43,706 nucleotides of DNA, from the NCBI GenBank assembly GCA_048498255.1, contig JBEHYI010000001.1:1-43706 (forward strand), in the 5' to 3' direction. This document shows, piece by piece, positions 35,502-43,706 of the stretch (positions are counted from its first letter, which is position 1; the number at the start of each line of letters is the position of its first letter). The stretch is from Pseudomonadota bacterium. Lineage in GTDB: Bacteria > Pseudomonadota > Alphaproteobacteria > Rickettsiales > UBA3002. The notes below the pieces were generated by a model that saw nothing but the letters and a program-made list of their open reading frames with translations, was not told the DNA's origin and did not search any database. A program made the position numbers and the translations under genes.

Positions 35502-35538
35502 AGCTGTAGATTTAAATGAAGGCGATCAATTAGGCAAG
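35362..35538. repeat. Direct repeat copy 2 of the lipA 5-prime end plus leader
   Basis: See copy 1. It includes the stop region of the 77-aa gene (ttaggcaag, 35530-35538). Confidence 0.85.
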
Positions 35539-35763
35539 TGTTAGCCAATAAAGCGCTTTTCGCAATCTCGTAGCAGCGTTTTGGCTGCCTTCGCGCTCCG
35601 CCAATGTCCCGCCGCTCCATTCATAGGGATTTAATGCGACCTTTAAGCTGGCGATAATATTGGCGTCATCGCCTGCATCAAGAGCGCTGGAGAAGCGAAG
35701 CGCGCTTTCCGAGCCATAAACGTTTTCAATAAACTGAATTACTTTGTTCAAATTACGGTACAT
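35530..35763 (-). CDS. Hypothetical protein, 77 aa
   Basis: ATG start, AT-richer. Its last codons are part of the duplicated block. No family recognised. Confidence 0.45.
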   Translation of the reverse strand: MYRNLNKVIQFIENVYGSESALRFSSALDAGDDANIIASLKVALNPYEWSGGTLAEREGSQNAATRLRKALYWLTLA

Positions 35764-35890
35764 AAAACAAGCAATACACTAATCTTGAATACTGAAGTGT
35801 GAAGGTTTTATGAAATTACGCATAATCCTTGCATTCCACCCCCAAATCCCCTAAAAGCCCCCATCCAAACATAAAACCGCTGGAGAACCC

Positions 35891-36277
35891 ATGGCTCGCG
35901 TCACCGTTGAAGATTGCATCCTCGTCATCCCGAACCGCTTTGATCTCGTGGTCACCGCCGCCGCGCGCGCGAAGCAGATCAGCTCCGGCATGCCGCTAAC
36001 GATCGACCGCGACAACGACAAGGATTCCGTGGTTTCCCTGCGCGAAATCGCCGATAAAACCATCGATCCGTCGCTGGTAAAGGAAGAAGTGATCTCGAAC
36101 TTCATGAAAAAAGTCGGCTTCGACCCGTCGGATGTGATCGAGGAAGACAACCATGCGAGCTACACGCTCGACCACCATGGGGAAATCCAGGAAAACTTCA
36201 TGCACGAGCAGCAATTCACCGAGCAGCAAGCTGCCGGCATGAGCTTTGTCGAAGAGAATATCGAAGTTGAGGACTAG
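35891..36277 (+). CDS. rpoZ: DNA-directed RNA polymerase subunit omega
   Basis: [30 protein letters not shown] is the canonical omega N-terminus. Confidence 0.93.
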   Translation: MARVTVEDCILVIPNRFDLVVTAAARAKQISSGMPLTIDRDNDKDSVVSLREIADKTIDPSLVKEEVISNFMKKVGFDPSDVIEEDNHASYTLDHHGEIQENFMHEQQFTEQQAAGMSFVEENIEVED

Positions 36278-37113
36278 GCCTCGCGCCCATTAGCGGGCGG
36301 TTTAAATTCCTGACCTATAGCATCGAACAAGCGCGATTGTGCGTTGAGAAAAGCGTTTGCCATCACGGCCGCGGCTTGGCGTTTTTCCTCGCTCAACCCA
36401 GCAAAAGCTCGCAAAGCATCGGCCTCCGCGCGTTGCCCATGTTGAAATTCGATTCCCGCCACATCGAACCCAATGCGGAATGCTCCGTTCGCCTCGATGA
36501 CTTTATTATGCGCGCTGAAATACGGCAGCACGGTTTGGCGGAAGGTGTCATTCCCAATGCGGGCGCGGCTGGCTTCGAACACCGCGAATAAATCCGCCAT
36601 CATGCCCATGCGCGCTTTGCCATCGCCGCCGGAAGCGCGCTCCTGCAGCCAGGAAGCAATGGCTGGAAAATCATGGTAGCCCGCGAGCCACACCTGCTCC
36701 TGGGCATAGGAATCGGGCAGGGAAAGCGCCGCATGCGCCTCTGCAATGGTGATGGCGGGTAGATCGTAAGCCTGGCGTAGCGCGTTAAACGCGGATTCGG
36801 CAAGCTCCTGATGGGTTAGCGAATCGCCCATTTCCTCGGTGAGGTTCTGCATGGCGGTGCGCGCCAGCTCGCAGTCATTTTGCAGCAGCCCCGCTTGCAC
36901 AAGCCCCGCGATGTTGGGGATCGTGCGGTAAATCCGCGCCATCATGGCCCGCGTGAATTGGTCGATCTGTGCGGGCGTAAGGCTGCCGCGCTTGGCCGCA
37001 AGCGCCAATTGCCTGAACATGCCGTGATGGCAGGCCGGGTGGGCCATGACCCGTTGGCTTAAGGCCTGAAATTCGAGCCGGTCGCGCTGGGAAATGGCGG
37101 GTGCTGCTTCCAT
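36274..37113 (-). CDS. Hypothetical protein, possibly heme-oxygenase-like fold / iron-containing redox enzyme family
   Basis: All-helical, 279 aa. EEMGDSLTH has the E-x7-H spacing reminiscent of the first metal motif of CADD/PqqC-like diiron proteins. The later motifs ([19 protein letters not shown]) fit only loosely. Confidence 0.4.
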   Translation of the reverse strand: MEAAPAISQRDRLEFQALSQRVMAHPACHHGMFRQLALAAKRGSLTPAQIDQFTRAMMARIYRTIPNIAGLVQAGLLQNDCELARTAMQNLTEEMGDSLTHQELAESAFNALRQAYDLPAITIAEAHAALSLPDSYAQEQVWLAGYHDFPAIASWLQERASGGDGKARMGMMADLFAVFEASRARIGNDTFRQTVLPYFSAHNKVIEANGAFRIGFDVAGIEFQHGQRAEADALRAFAGLSEEKRQAAAVMANAFLNAQSRLFDAIGQEFKPPANGREA

Positions 37114-37157
37114 ACGCGTGAGCTATAGCATTGCCATTAATATTTATTAATTATATA

Positions 37158-37180
37158 CTATCAATAATTATTATTGATAG
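37158..37180. promoter_or_regulatory. Perfect 23-bp palindrome in the divergent promoter region; candidate LysR-type binding site
   Basis: ctatcaataat-t-attattgatag is a perfect 11-1-11 inverted repeat ending 6 nt before the LysR ATG at 37186. It contains T-N11-A type dyad symmetry. Confidence 0.55.
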
Positions 37181-37185
37181 AGCCA

Positions 37186-38133
37186 ATGAAAGACCTGAAC
37201 CAGCAATTCCATTACAAAAGCAACCGGCTGCAGCAATTGCGCGGCTTTTGCTATGCGGCACAGTTCGGCAATATCAGCCGCGCGGCGGAGCATATGGGGC
37301 TGACCCATTCGAGCGTCTCGCTGCAAATCAAAGCGCTGGAGGACGACCTCGATGTGCGGCTTTTCACCCGCAACGGCCCGCAAATCGCCCTGACGCGGGA
37401 AGGAGAAATGCTGCTCGATCTCGCGCTGCCGCATGTCGATGGCATCCGCGATATTCATACGCAATTCCACCGCGAGCTGAAGCAAGCGCGCAGCACGGAA
37501 CTGCGCATCGCCGCCAACAGCACCACGCTGAATTTCGTGCTGCCGGAGCTGGTAAAAGCCTATCTCGCGCAGCACCCGGATATTTTTATTACCATCCATT
37601 ATGCCGAGCATGAGGAGGCGATGAAAAAGCTGCAGCGCAAGGAGGTGGATTTCGCCCTGCTGCCGCGGCGCGAGCACAAGCCCTTCCCGAAATATGTCGA
37701 TTATCTGCCGCTTTTTTACTATGCGCCGGCGCTGATTACGCGGCCCGACCACCCGCTTGCCGGCCGCAAAAAACTTACCGTGGCCGAGATCAGTAAATAC
37801 GAGCTGACGCTTCCCGCCGAGGATTTACGTGTGTTGCCGAACCTTTACGATATTTTTCCCAAGCACCAAATCCAGAAAAAACTGCGCGTTAATTTCGTGA
37901 ACTGGGAGACCACCCGCAAATATATCGAAGCGGGGCTCGTTATCAGCATCTCCTCGGATGTCATTATCAGCGCGCAGGATACGCTGATGGCGACACCACT
38001 TTCGCATCTTTTCCCCATGGTGGATTACGGCTTTGTCACCCTCAAAACCCGCGACCTGCCGGGCAAAGTCACCCGCTTTATCGACACGGCGAAGCAACAA
38101 AGCGCCGCCGCCAGGCCAAAAACCCGCAAATAG
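37186..38133 (+). CDS. LysR-family transcriptional regulator
   Basis: LQQLRGFCYAAQFGNISRAAEHMGLTHSSVSLQIKALEDDLDVRLFTR is a LysR HTH. About 315 aa. Divergent from 36274-37113. Confidence 0.9.
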   Translation: MKDLNQQFHYKSNRLQQLRGFCYAAQFGNISRAAEHMGLTHSSVSLQIKALEDDLDVRLFTRNGPQIALTREGEMLLDLALPHVDGIRDIHTQFHRELKQARSTELRIAANSTTLNFVLPELVKAYLAQHPDIFITIHYAEHEEAMKKLQRKEVDFALLPRREHKPFPKYVDYLPLFYYAPALITRPDHPLAGRKKLTVAEISKYELTLPAEDLRVLPNLYDIFPKHQIQKKLRVNFVNWETTRKYIEAGLVISISSDVIISAQDTLMATPLSHLFPMVDYGFVTLKTRDLPGKVTRFIDTAKQQSAAARPKTRK

Positions 38134-38171
38134 GCTGGCAAAATGCACCCCCAACCTTTATATTGCACTGC

Positions 38172-40322
38172 ATGATACGCCAAATGGAACTGGTCGATAA
38201 AATCCGGGCCTATGACCCGGATGCGGATGAGGACGCGCTCAACCGCGCCTATGTCTATTCCATGCAGAAACACGGGGCGCAGAAGCGCGCGAGCGGCGAT
38301 CCGTATTTTTCGCATCCCGTCGAGGTGGCGTATAAACTGACGCAATATAAGCTCGATACGGCAAGCATTATCACCGCGCTATTGCACGATACAGTGGAGG
38401 ATACCGACGCCACGCTCGATGAGATCGAGCAGTTGTTCGGCGCGGAAATCCGCGGGCTGGTCGATGGGGTGACGAAGCTCAACCGCCTCGAGATCAAATC
38501 CGAATCCAGCAAACAGGCGGAGAATTTCCGCAAGCTCGTGCTCGCCATGGCGCAGGATTTGCGCGTGCTGATGGTGAAACTGGCCGACCGCCTGCATAAT
38601 ATGGAGACGCTGCATTACATCCCCAAGCCCGAAAAGCGCCAGCGCATCGCCCGCGAAACGCTCGAGATTTACGCGGCGCTTGCCGAACGCATCGGTATGC
38701 GGCGCATGAAGGAAGAGCTGCAGGATCTCTCCTTCAAAGAGCTGTTTCCTGAGGCACGCGAATCCATCCTGAAACGTCTCGAATTCCTGCGCAAGCAAGG
38801 CAAAACGCAGGTCCAGCGCGTCGAGGAAATTCTGCGCGAATTGGTGGAAGCGGGCGGGCTCAAAAACGTCAAAATCTATGGCCGCGAGAAAAAGCCCTAT
38901 TCGATCTGGAAGAAAATGGAGTCGAAGGGTGTCACTTTCGAGCAGCTGGCGGATATTGTGGGCTTCCGCGTCCTCGCACCCACGGTGGCGGATTGCTACC
39001 ATGTGCTTGGCCTCATTCACGAGAAATACCACACGATTCCCGGCCATTTTAAGGATTACATCAGCACGCCGAAAGCGAACGGCTACCAATCCATCCATAC
39101 CGCGGTGATCGGCCCGCAGCAGCAGCGCATCGAGGTGCAGATCCGCACCGAAGACATGCACGAAATCGCCGAATACGGGATCGCGGCGCATTGGGGCTAT
39201 AAGCAGGGGCAGGAGAAGGACAAGGTTTCGACCGAGGGCAAGCAATATCGCTGGGTGCGCGAGCTGCTTGAGATCATGGAACAGTCGGAAGGCGCGGAAG
39301 AATTCCTCGAGCACACCAAGCTCGAAATGTACCACGACCAGGTATTTTGCTTCACGCCCAAGGGCGATATCATCGCCCTGCCGCGCAGCTCCACGCCGGT
39401 GGATTTCGCGTTCGCGGTGCATTCGGGTGTGGGCTTCACTTGCGTGGGCGCGAAGGTGAACGGGCGCATTGTGCCCCTCAAACATGTGCTGAAAAACGGC
39501 GATCAGGTCGAAATCATCACCGCTAAAACTCAAACGCCAAGCCCAAGCTGGGAGCGATTTGTCGTTACCGGCAAGGCGAAATCCGAAATCCGCCGCTGGA
39601 TTCGCGACCAGCAGCGCGAGGAATATGTGACGCTGGGTAAGGCGATTTTGGCGAAGACCTTTAAGCAGGAAGGCCACGATATCAGCGAGAAAATGCTCGA
39701 TCCTGCGCTCGCCGTGTTCAAGAAGAAGCTGGTGGATGACCTTTACGCCGAGGTGGGCGAGGGGATTATCAACCGCAATCAGGTCTATGATGCGGTGTTC
39801 CACACCAAAAAATCTGAGTCGCATGGGGTAAAAAACCCGTTTGATATCGCGAACCTGAAAAAGAAATCGAAGAAGTCCGTGCCGATGCCGATCAAGGGCC
39901 TTGTGCCCGGCATGGCAATCCATTACGCGGGCTGCTGCCACCCCATTCCGGGCGATAAAATCGTCGGCATTGTGGCGACCGGCAAGGGCATTACCATCCA
40001 CACCATGGATTGCGATACGCTCGAGAATTTCGCGGATTCACCGGAGAAATGGATCGACGTGGCGTGGGATAGCAGCGGGCAGGACGATACTTACATTGGC
40101 CGCCTGAAGGTGAGTTTGAGCCACGAAACCGCAGCGCTCGCGAGTGTCGCGAACGTGATTGCGAAGGACGAGGGAAATATCAGTAACCTCAAAATCACTA
40201 ACCGCAGCACGGATTTCTTTGATCTGCTGATCGATGTGGAAGTGAAAAACGCGCGCCATCTCAATAATATTATTGCGAGTTTGCGGGCCAAAGGCGTCGT
40301 TCAGGCGGTGGAGCGGGTTTAG
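38172..40322 (+). CDS. spoT: Bifunctional (p)ppGpp synthetase/hydrolase (RelA/SpoT homolog)
   Basis: HD domain (GDPYFSHPVEVA, LLHDTVEDT), synthetase domain (YSIWKKM, GYQSIHT), TGS domain (VFCFTPKGD) and C-terminal ACT-like region. Confidence 0.95.
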   Translation: MIRQMELVDKIRAYDPDADEDALNRAYVYSMQKHGAQKRASGDPYFSHPVEVAYKLTQYKLDTASIITALLHDTVEDTDATLDEIEQLFGAEIRGLVDGVTKLNRLEIKSESSKQAENFRKLVLAMAQDLRVLMVKLADRLHNMETLHYIPKPEKRQRIARETLEIYAALAERIGMRRMKEELQDLSFKELFPEARESILKRLEFLRKQGKTQVQRVEEILRELVEAGGLKNVKIYGREKKPYSIWKKMESKGVTFEQLADIVGFRVLAPTVADCYHVLGLIHEKYHTIPGHFKDYISTPKANGYQSIHTAVIGPQQQRIEVQIRTEDMHEIAEYGIAAHWGYKQGQEKDKVSTEGKQYRWVRELLEIMEQSEGAEEFLEHTKLEMYHDQVFCFTPKGDIIALPRSSTPVDFAFAVHSGVGFTCVGAKVNGRIVPLKHVLKNGDQVEIITAKTQTPSPSWERFVVTGKAKSEIRRWIRDQQREEYVTLGKAILAKTFKQEGHDISEKMLDPALAVFKKKLVDDLYAEVGEGIINRNQVYDAVFHTKKSESHGVKNPFDIANLKKKSKKSVPMPIKGLVPGMAIHYAGCCHPIPGDKIVGIVATGKGITIHTMDCDTLENFADSPEKWIDVAWDSSGQDDTYIGRLKVSLSHETAALASVANVIAKDEGNISNLKITNRSTDFFDLLIDVEVKNARHLNNIIASLRAKGVVQAVERV

Positions 40323-40336
40323 CGTTAGGCGCTATT

Positions 40337-40369
40337 GCGCTGCGATTTTTACCCCCGCAAGCGCTTTTT
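40337..40369 (+). terminator. Possible terminator after spoT
   Basis: gcgctgcg ... cgcaagcgc forms an imperfect stem with one bulge, followed by ttttt. Confidence 0.35.
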
Positions 40370-40551
40370 ACGATCGTAATAAAACTGTCATAATTGAGTG
40401 CTATAAGCAAAAAACATGACCGTTTCTGCGGTTTTTATCCATATCGCACCCCGCTGCATTCCCTTAAGTCCCTATTGTCACACAATCTTCACACTACTGG
40501 TGGAGCGAATGGGTTAGATTGTACTCATAGAATTATTTTATGGAGTGCATC

Positions 40552-41268
40552 ATGAGCGAGGAAACCCAAACGGAAAATAACGGCATTGGCCTTAGTGGGA
40601 TTGTGGGCGGTGGAATAGGGCTAGCTGGCGGTGCGGTCGCCGGGAATCATATTGTCGCAAACCATGCACTTAAACATGTGATTCAGGATAGCGATAAGCA
40701 GCATGCAAAACTTACCCAAGCTACTGAGGAACTAATTACCAATAACCCTGAGCTAGGATATAGTGGAGAAGCTATTCATAATTTCAATGAAGTTGCCGCT
40801 GCCAATGTAAAAGGCTTTCATTTTAGGTCCGACCCAGAGATTAAAGGCTCGTATAATTTGCATTACAACACTCACGATATGGCTGAAGGTGTTGATGTCT
40901 TGAACCAGAAAACCACTATTTTTGGTCTAAAGAATCTGCCGGAAGGGGTCGAAGCCAACCAATGGATTGAAGATCCTTCTATTATTCAAAAAGTATTTAA
41001 AGGTACGGAGCAAGGTGACAAAGCTGCAGCTGCGATTATAAAAAAAGCGGAAAGCAATATCATCAATGATATCCGCAAAGTAGGCGGCAAAGGCTGGGCA
41101 TTTAAAAATATGGGTGTCGTTGGAAAAGGCGCTGTTATCGGCGTAGCACTTGCTGGTACCGCAGCGGGCGCAATGGCGGCAAACGCCATTTTTGGCGGCA
41201 AACATACTGATCAAGTTGCAGCTAATAACAATCGTGAGCAGGAACCCACAATGGGCCGTAGCGCATAA
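40552..41268 (+). CDS. Hypothetical protein with glycine-zipper hydrophobic segments at both ends
   Basis: N-terminal GLSGIVGGGIGLAGGAVAG and C-terminal GAVIGVALAGTAAGAMAANAIFGG. GGAG SD 6 nt upstream of ATG 40552. AT-richer than flanks. Confidence 0.6.
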   Translation: MSEETQTENNGIGLSGIVGGGIGLAGGAVAGNHIVANHALKHVIQDSDKQHAKLTQATEELITNNPELGYSGEAIHNFNEVAAANVKGFHFRSDPEIKGSYNLHYNTHDMAEGVDVLNQKTTIFGLKNLPEGVEANQWIEDPSIIQKVFKGTEQGDKAAAAIIKKAESNIINDIRKVGGKGWAFKNMGVVGKGAVIGVALAGTAAGAMAANAIFGGKHTDQVAANNNREQEPTMGRSA

Positions 41269-41281
41269 GGGGGATATTACA

Positions 41282-41800
41282 ATGGCTGACGATAAGCAGA
41301 TTGATACAGAAAAATACCAGGGGCCGGGCCATTTAGCTTCGTCTTTCGGGGATGCAGGTATTTATGGTGTAGGGGGTATGGTTGCTGGCACCGTAGGTGG
41401 CGCAATCGGTGGTTCCTTTTTAAAAGAAAGCAAGATCGCCTCGCGATTTGAGGATGCTTTTTACCATGTTGGAATTGATGCTTCGCCAAGAGTAGCTGCG
41501 ATTGTTGGCATTGCGGCAATAAGCGCGGTTACGCTTGCTACGATCGGAGCAATTACAGGTTCTATTGTTGGATGGGGCAAGGCAACCAAGGGCCAAAAGC
41601 AATTCGAAGCTCTCAAGACTAAAAACGATCAAGCCACCCAAGAACTCGACGCGATGAAACTTCAAGTCGAAGGCTTGAACCGCGAAGTGGACGGTCACCG
41701 TAAATTCACGGATAGCATTAAATCACGTACTGAAAATGGTCATTCAACAGCGCATGAAGCAGAAAAAACAGCGCATGAGCATAGCGGTCACGCTCTGTAA
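41282..41800 (+). CDS. Hypothetical protein with two glycine-zipper segments, a coiled-coil region and a His-rich tail
   Basis: GIYGVGGMVAGTVGGAIGG and IVGIAAISAVTLATIGAITGSIVGWG, then QKQFEALKTKNDQATQELDAMKLQVEGLNREV, then HSTAHEAEKTAHEHSGH. AAGGGGGA SD upstream of ATG 41282. Confidence 0.6.
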   Translation: MADDKQIDTEKYQGPGHLASSFGDAGIYGVGGMVAGTVGGAIGGSFLKESKIASRFEDAFYHVGIDASPRVAAIVGIAAISAVTLATIGAITGSIVGWGKATKGQKQFEALKTKNDQATQELDAMKLQVEGLNREVDGHRKFTDSIKSRTENGHSTAHEAEKTAHEHSGHAL

Positions 41801-41820
41801 TTACGTGTAAGACAAAAATG

Positions 41821-41851
41821 AAAGGCGGTTCCAATCAGAGCCGCCTTTTTT
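41821..41851 (+). terminator. Rho-independent terminator after the glycine-zipper gene pair
   Basis: aaggcgg-ttccaatcagag-ccgcctt followed by ttttt. Confidence 0.7.
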
Positions 41852-41887
41852 ATTGGTGTTTGAGGCTGGCTGCGGTATGTAAGCCGC

Positions 41888-42631
41888 ATGAAACCGGCAA
41901 AAAAACTCCGCCTTGGCGTGAATATTGATCATGTGGCGACGCTGCGCAATGCACGTGGTGGAGCGCATCCGTGCCCGGTCAAGGCAGCGCAAGTGGCGCG
42001 CGAAGCAGGGGCGGATGGGATTACGGCGCATCTGCGCGAGGACCGACGGCATATCCGCGATGACGACATGCGGCGGTTGAAAGCGGAGGTGGCCTTACCC
42101 CTCAATTTTGAAATGGCGGCGACGGCGGAAATGCTGGCCCTCGCGCTTGAGATTCGCCCCAACGCCTGCTGCCTGGTGCCGGAAAAGCGCGAGGAACGCA
42201 CCACCGAAGGCGGGCTGGATGTCGCGGGGCAGGCGGCCTACCTCACCGATTTTTGCGCGAAGCTGAAAGCGGCGGGCATTCACAGCTCGCTGTTTATTGA
42301 TCCGGATGTGCGCCAAGTCGAAGCCGCCGCGCGCGTGGGGGCGGAGATTGTGGAGCTGCATACGGGGACTTATGCGCAGGAGTCACCAGTCACCAGTCAC
42401 CAGTCGCCAGAATTGCTCAAACTTCAGCATGCCGCGAAACAGGCCCATTCCCTTGGCCTCGAGGTGCATGCGGGCCATGGGCTTACCTTCGCGAATGTTG
42501 GTGCCGTGGCGGCGATTGCCGAGCTGGTGGAGCTGAATATCGGCCATTTTTTAATTGGCGAAGCGGTGTTTATGGGCCTTGATGCCGCCATCAAAAAAAT
42601 GCGCGAAATCATGGATGAGGCCCGTGCATGA
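41888..42631 (+). CDS. pdxJ: Pyridoxine 5-phosphate synthase
   Basis: [33 protein letters not shown] and GHGLTFANV. Confidence 0.93.
   Translation: MKPAKKLRLGVNIDHVATLRNARGGAHPCPVKAAQVAREAGADGITAHLREDRRHIRDDDMRRLKAEVALPLNFEMAATAEMLALALEIRPNACCLVPEKREERTTEGGLDVAGQAAYLTDFCAKLKAAGIHSSLFIDPDVRQVEAAARVGAEIVELHTGTYAQESPVTSHQSPELLKLQHAAKQAHSLGLEVHAGHGLTFANVGAVAAIAELVELNIGHFLIGEAVFMGLDAAIKKMREIMDEARA
42381..42408 (+). repeat. Heptanucleotide tandem repeat (AGTCACC x3 plus AGTCGCC) inside pdxJ
   Basis: agtcacc agtcacc agtcacc agtcgcc encodes SPVTSHQSP in a loop that varies between PdxJ proteins. Confidence 0.8.
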
Positions 42632-43050
42632 TCCTCGGCATCGGCTCCGATATCTGCGATATTACCCGCATCGAGCGCTCGCTCGCACGATTCGGCGCGC
42701 AGTTCGAGAACCGCGTGTTTACGGCGGGCGAGCAGGCGAAGGCGAAACGCCGCGCCGGGGGCGGCAAACGCAACGGAACGGCGAGCACCTACGCCAAACG
42801 CTTCGCCGCGAAAGAGGCACTCGGCAAGGCCCTTGGCACGGGTGTCGGCGCGGGCGGCGGCATTTTCTGGCGCGATATCGAGGTGGTGAATTTGCCGAGC
42901 GGCAAGCCCACGCTGAAACTCACCGCTGGCGCACTCGCGGCGCTGAATTACCTCACGCCCCAGGGCCATAAGGCGGTGATCCATGTCAGTTTGGTGGATG
43001 AATACCCGATGGCGCAGGCCTTCGTGATTATAGAGGCGTTGCCGCTTTGA
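42628..43050 (+). CDS. acpS: Holo-ACP synthase
   Basis: [29 protein letters not shown]. Its start overlaps the pdxJ stop (ATGA). Confidence 0.9.
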   Translation: MILGIGSDICDITRIERSLARFGAQFENRVFTAGEQAKAKRRAGGGKRNGTASTYAKRFAAKEALGKALGTGVGAGGGIFWRDIEVVNLPSGKPTLKLTAGALAALNYLTPQGHKAVIHVSLVDEYPMAQAFVIIEALPL

Positions 43051-43390
43051 GATAATCCGCAATCGTCTCGCGCAGCAGCGCCAGCTCCTTATGCATATGG
43101 TACAGCACCGCCGCGGTTTGCTGGTTGGGCAGGCGGGTAATGCTCTCCGCCTCCAAACACAGGCTGGTCAGGCGTTTCGCGGTGATATTCTTGCACGCGC
43201 CTTTGAGGTGATGCGCCTGCTGCAGCCACAAAATCACGTTCGTGCCTGCTTCCGCCTGCGCCATAGTCTCAATCGACACCGCCGCGGATTTCAAAAACAG
43301 CTGCAGCAATTCTGCCAGCACTTTCTGATCACCGCCCAGATGGCTGTTGAGCCGCGCAAAATCGATCCGCTGTTGGAGAGATGCTTCCAT
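43028..43390 (-). CDS. Hpt (histidine phosphotransfer) domain protein
   Basis: [13 protein letters not shown] matches the HxxKG phosphorylation motif. 120 aa, helical. Start set at ATG 43390. Confidence 0.7.
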   Translation of the reverse strand: MEASLQQRIDFARLNSHLGGDQKVLAELLQLFLKSAAVSIETMAQAEAGTNVILWLQQAHHLKGACKNITAKRLTSLCLEAESITRLPNQQTAAVLYHMHKELALLRETIADYLKAATPL

Positions 43391-43391
43391 G

Positions 43392-43706
43392 TTATTCCTG
43401 TACCGGCAAGGGGGGTGAGAACATGGAGCCGCGCACCATATCGTGCGGTTGCAGCCCGCGTAAGCTGGCCTCGCCATTTTTCAAAAATAAAAATGCTTTG
43501 ATGGGCGCATGCGCGGCTAAATTTTGGGTAATTTCGCCCAGCACCACACCCGGCATAATCTGCAGAATCGTGCCATCTTCCGCCACGAACAGCACATCCA
43601 CCGGCGTGTAGACTTTCATCGCGGGCAAGGCCAGCATCGCCGGCGCATCGAGATGCAGCAGCACGCTGCTATTTTCATTCAGCGTGTGGAGGGTATGGAT
43701 ATATTC
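43392..43706 (-). CDS. DUF192-family protein, 5-prime end outside the window
   Basis: PVDVLFVAEDGTILQI ... FLFLKNGEASLRGLQPHDMV resembles the DUF192 (COG1430) pattern. The frame stays open to the window edge. Its stop lies 1 nt before the Hpt start. Confidence 0.55.
   Translation of the reverse strand, partial: EYIHTLHTLNENSSVLLHLDAPAMLALPAMKVYTPVDVLFVAEDGTILQIMPGVVLGEITQNLAAHAPIKAFLFLKNGEASLRGLQPHDMVRGSMFSPPLPVQE

Noticed and set aside
38379-40001. 540-aa minus-strand ORF overlapping spoT
   Set aside because: The plus-strand frame encodes an unmistakable RelA/SpoT protein. The antisense translation is Arg/Leu/His-rich with no motifs.

Overview
This is a 43.7-kb chromosomal segment that looks alphaproteobacterial. 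The evidence is GC-rich third codon positions, the conserved strings rpmF-plsX-fabH-ihfA-merR and rpoZ-spoT...pdxJ-acpS, and CtrA-type boxes. All calls come from reading the ORF translations and the DNA by eye; no searches were run and no statistics computed beyond hand counts.

Recognisable housekeeping genes: queH, maeB, mutS, rpmF, plsX, fabH, ihfA, a MerR-family gene, corA, amtB, lipA, rpoZ, spoT/rel, pdxJ, acpS and ohr. There is also an FMN reductase, an MHS-type MFS transporter, a RatA/COQ10-like SRPBCC protein and three tRNAs: Pro-GGG, Pro-CGG and Ser-GGA.

Accessory content between these genes:
- Two soluble triple-PAS chemoreceptors.
- A REC-histidine kinase hybrid, an XRE regulator, a LysR regulator, and an Hpt protein next to a DUF192 protein.
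- Several ORFan genes, some visibly more AT-rich than their neighbours.

Most noteworthy observations:
1. A same-strand cluster of three large ORFan proteins (225-5949). The second and third are paralogs with a shared C-terminal EF-hand module, and each is preceded by a perfect CtrA box (TTAA-N7-TTAAC). This is my best candidate for an undescribed, cell-cycle-wired module.
2. A 133-bp, highly structured palindromic element sits in frame inside mutS just upstream of the Walker A motif, in the manner of Rickettsia palindromic elements.
3. A chemoreceptor gene is bracketed by about 175-bp direct repeats that duplicate the lipA 5-prime end. This leaves a truncated lipA fragment and looks like a Campbell-type insertion scar.
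4. A cytidine-deaminase-fold gene has its fold-bearing reading frame extending upstream of any canonical start. That frame is separated from an upstream ATG-initiated ORF by a single in-frame TAA.
5. A 31-bp-arm inverted repeat abuts the plsX start codon.

No CRISPR array, rRNA gene, transposase or integrase was seen.
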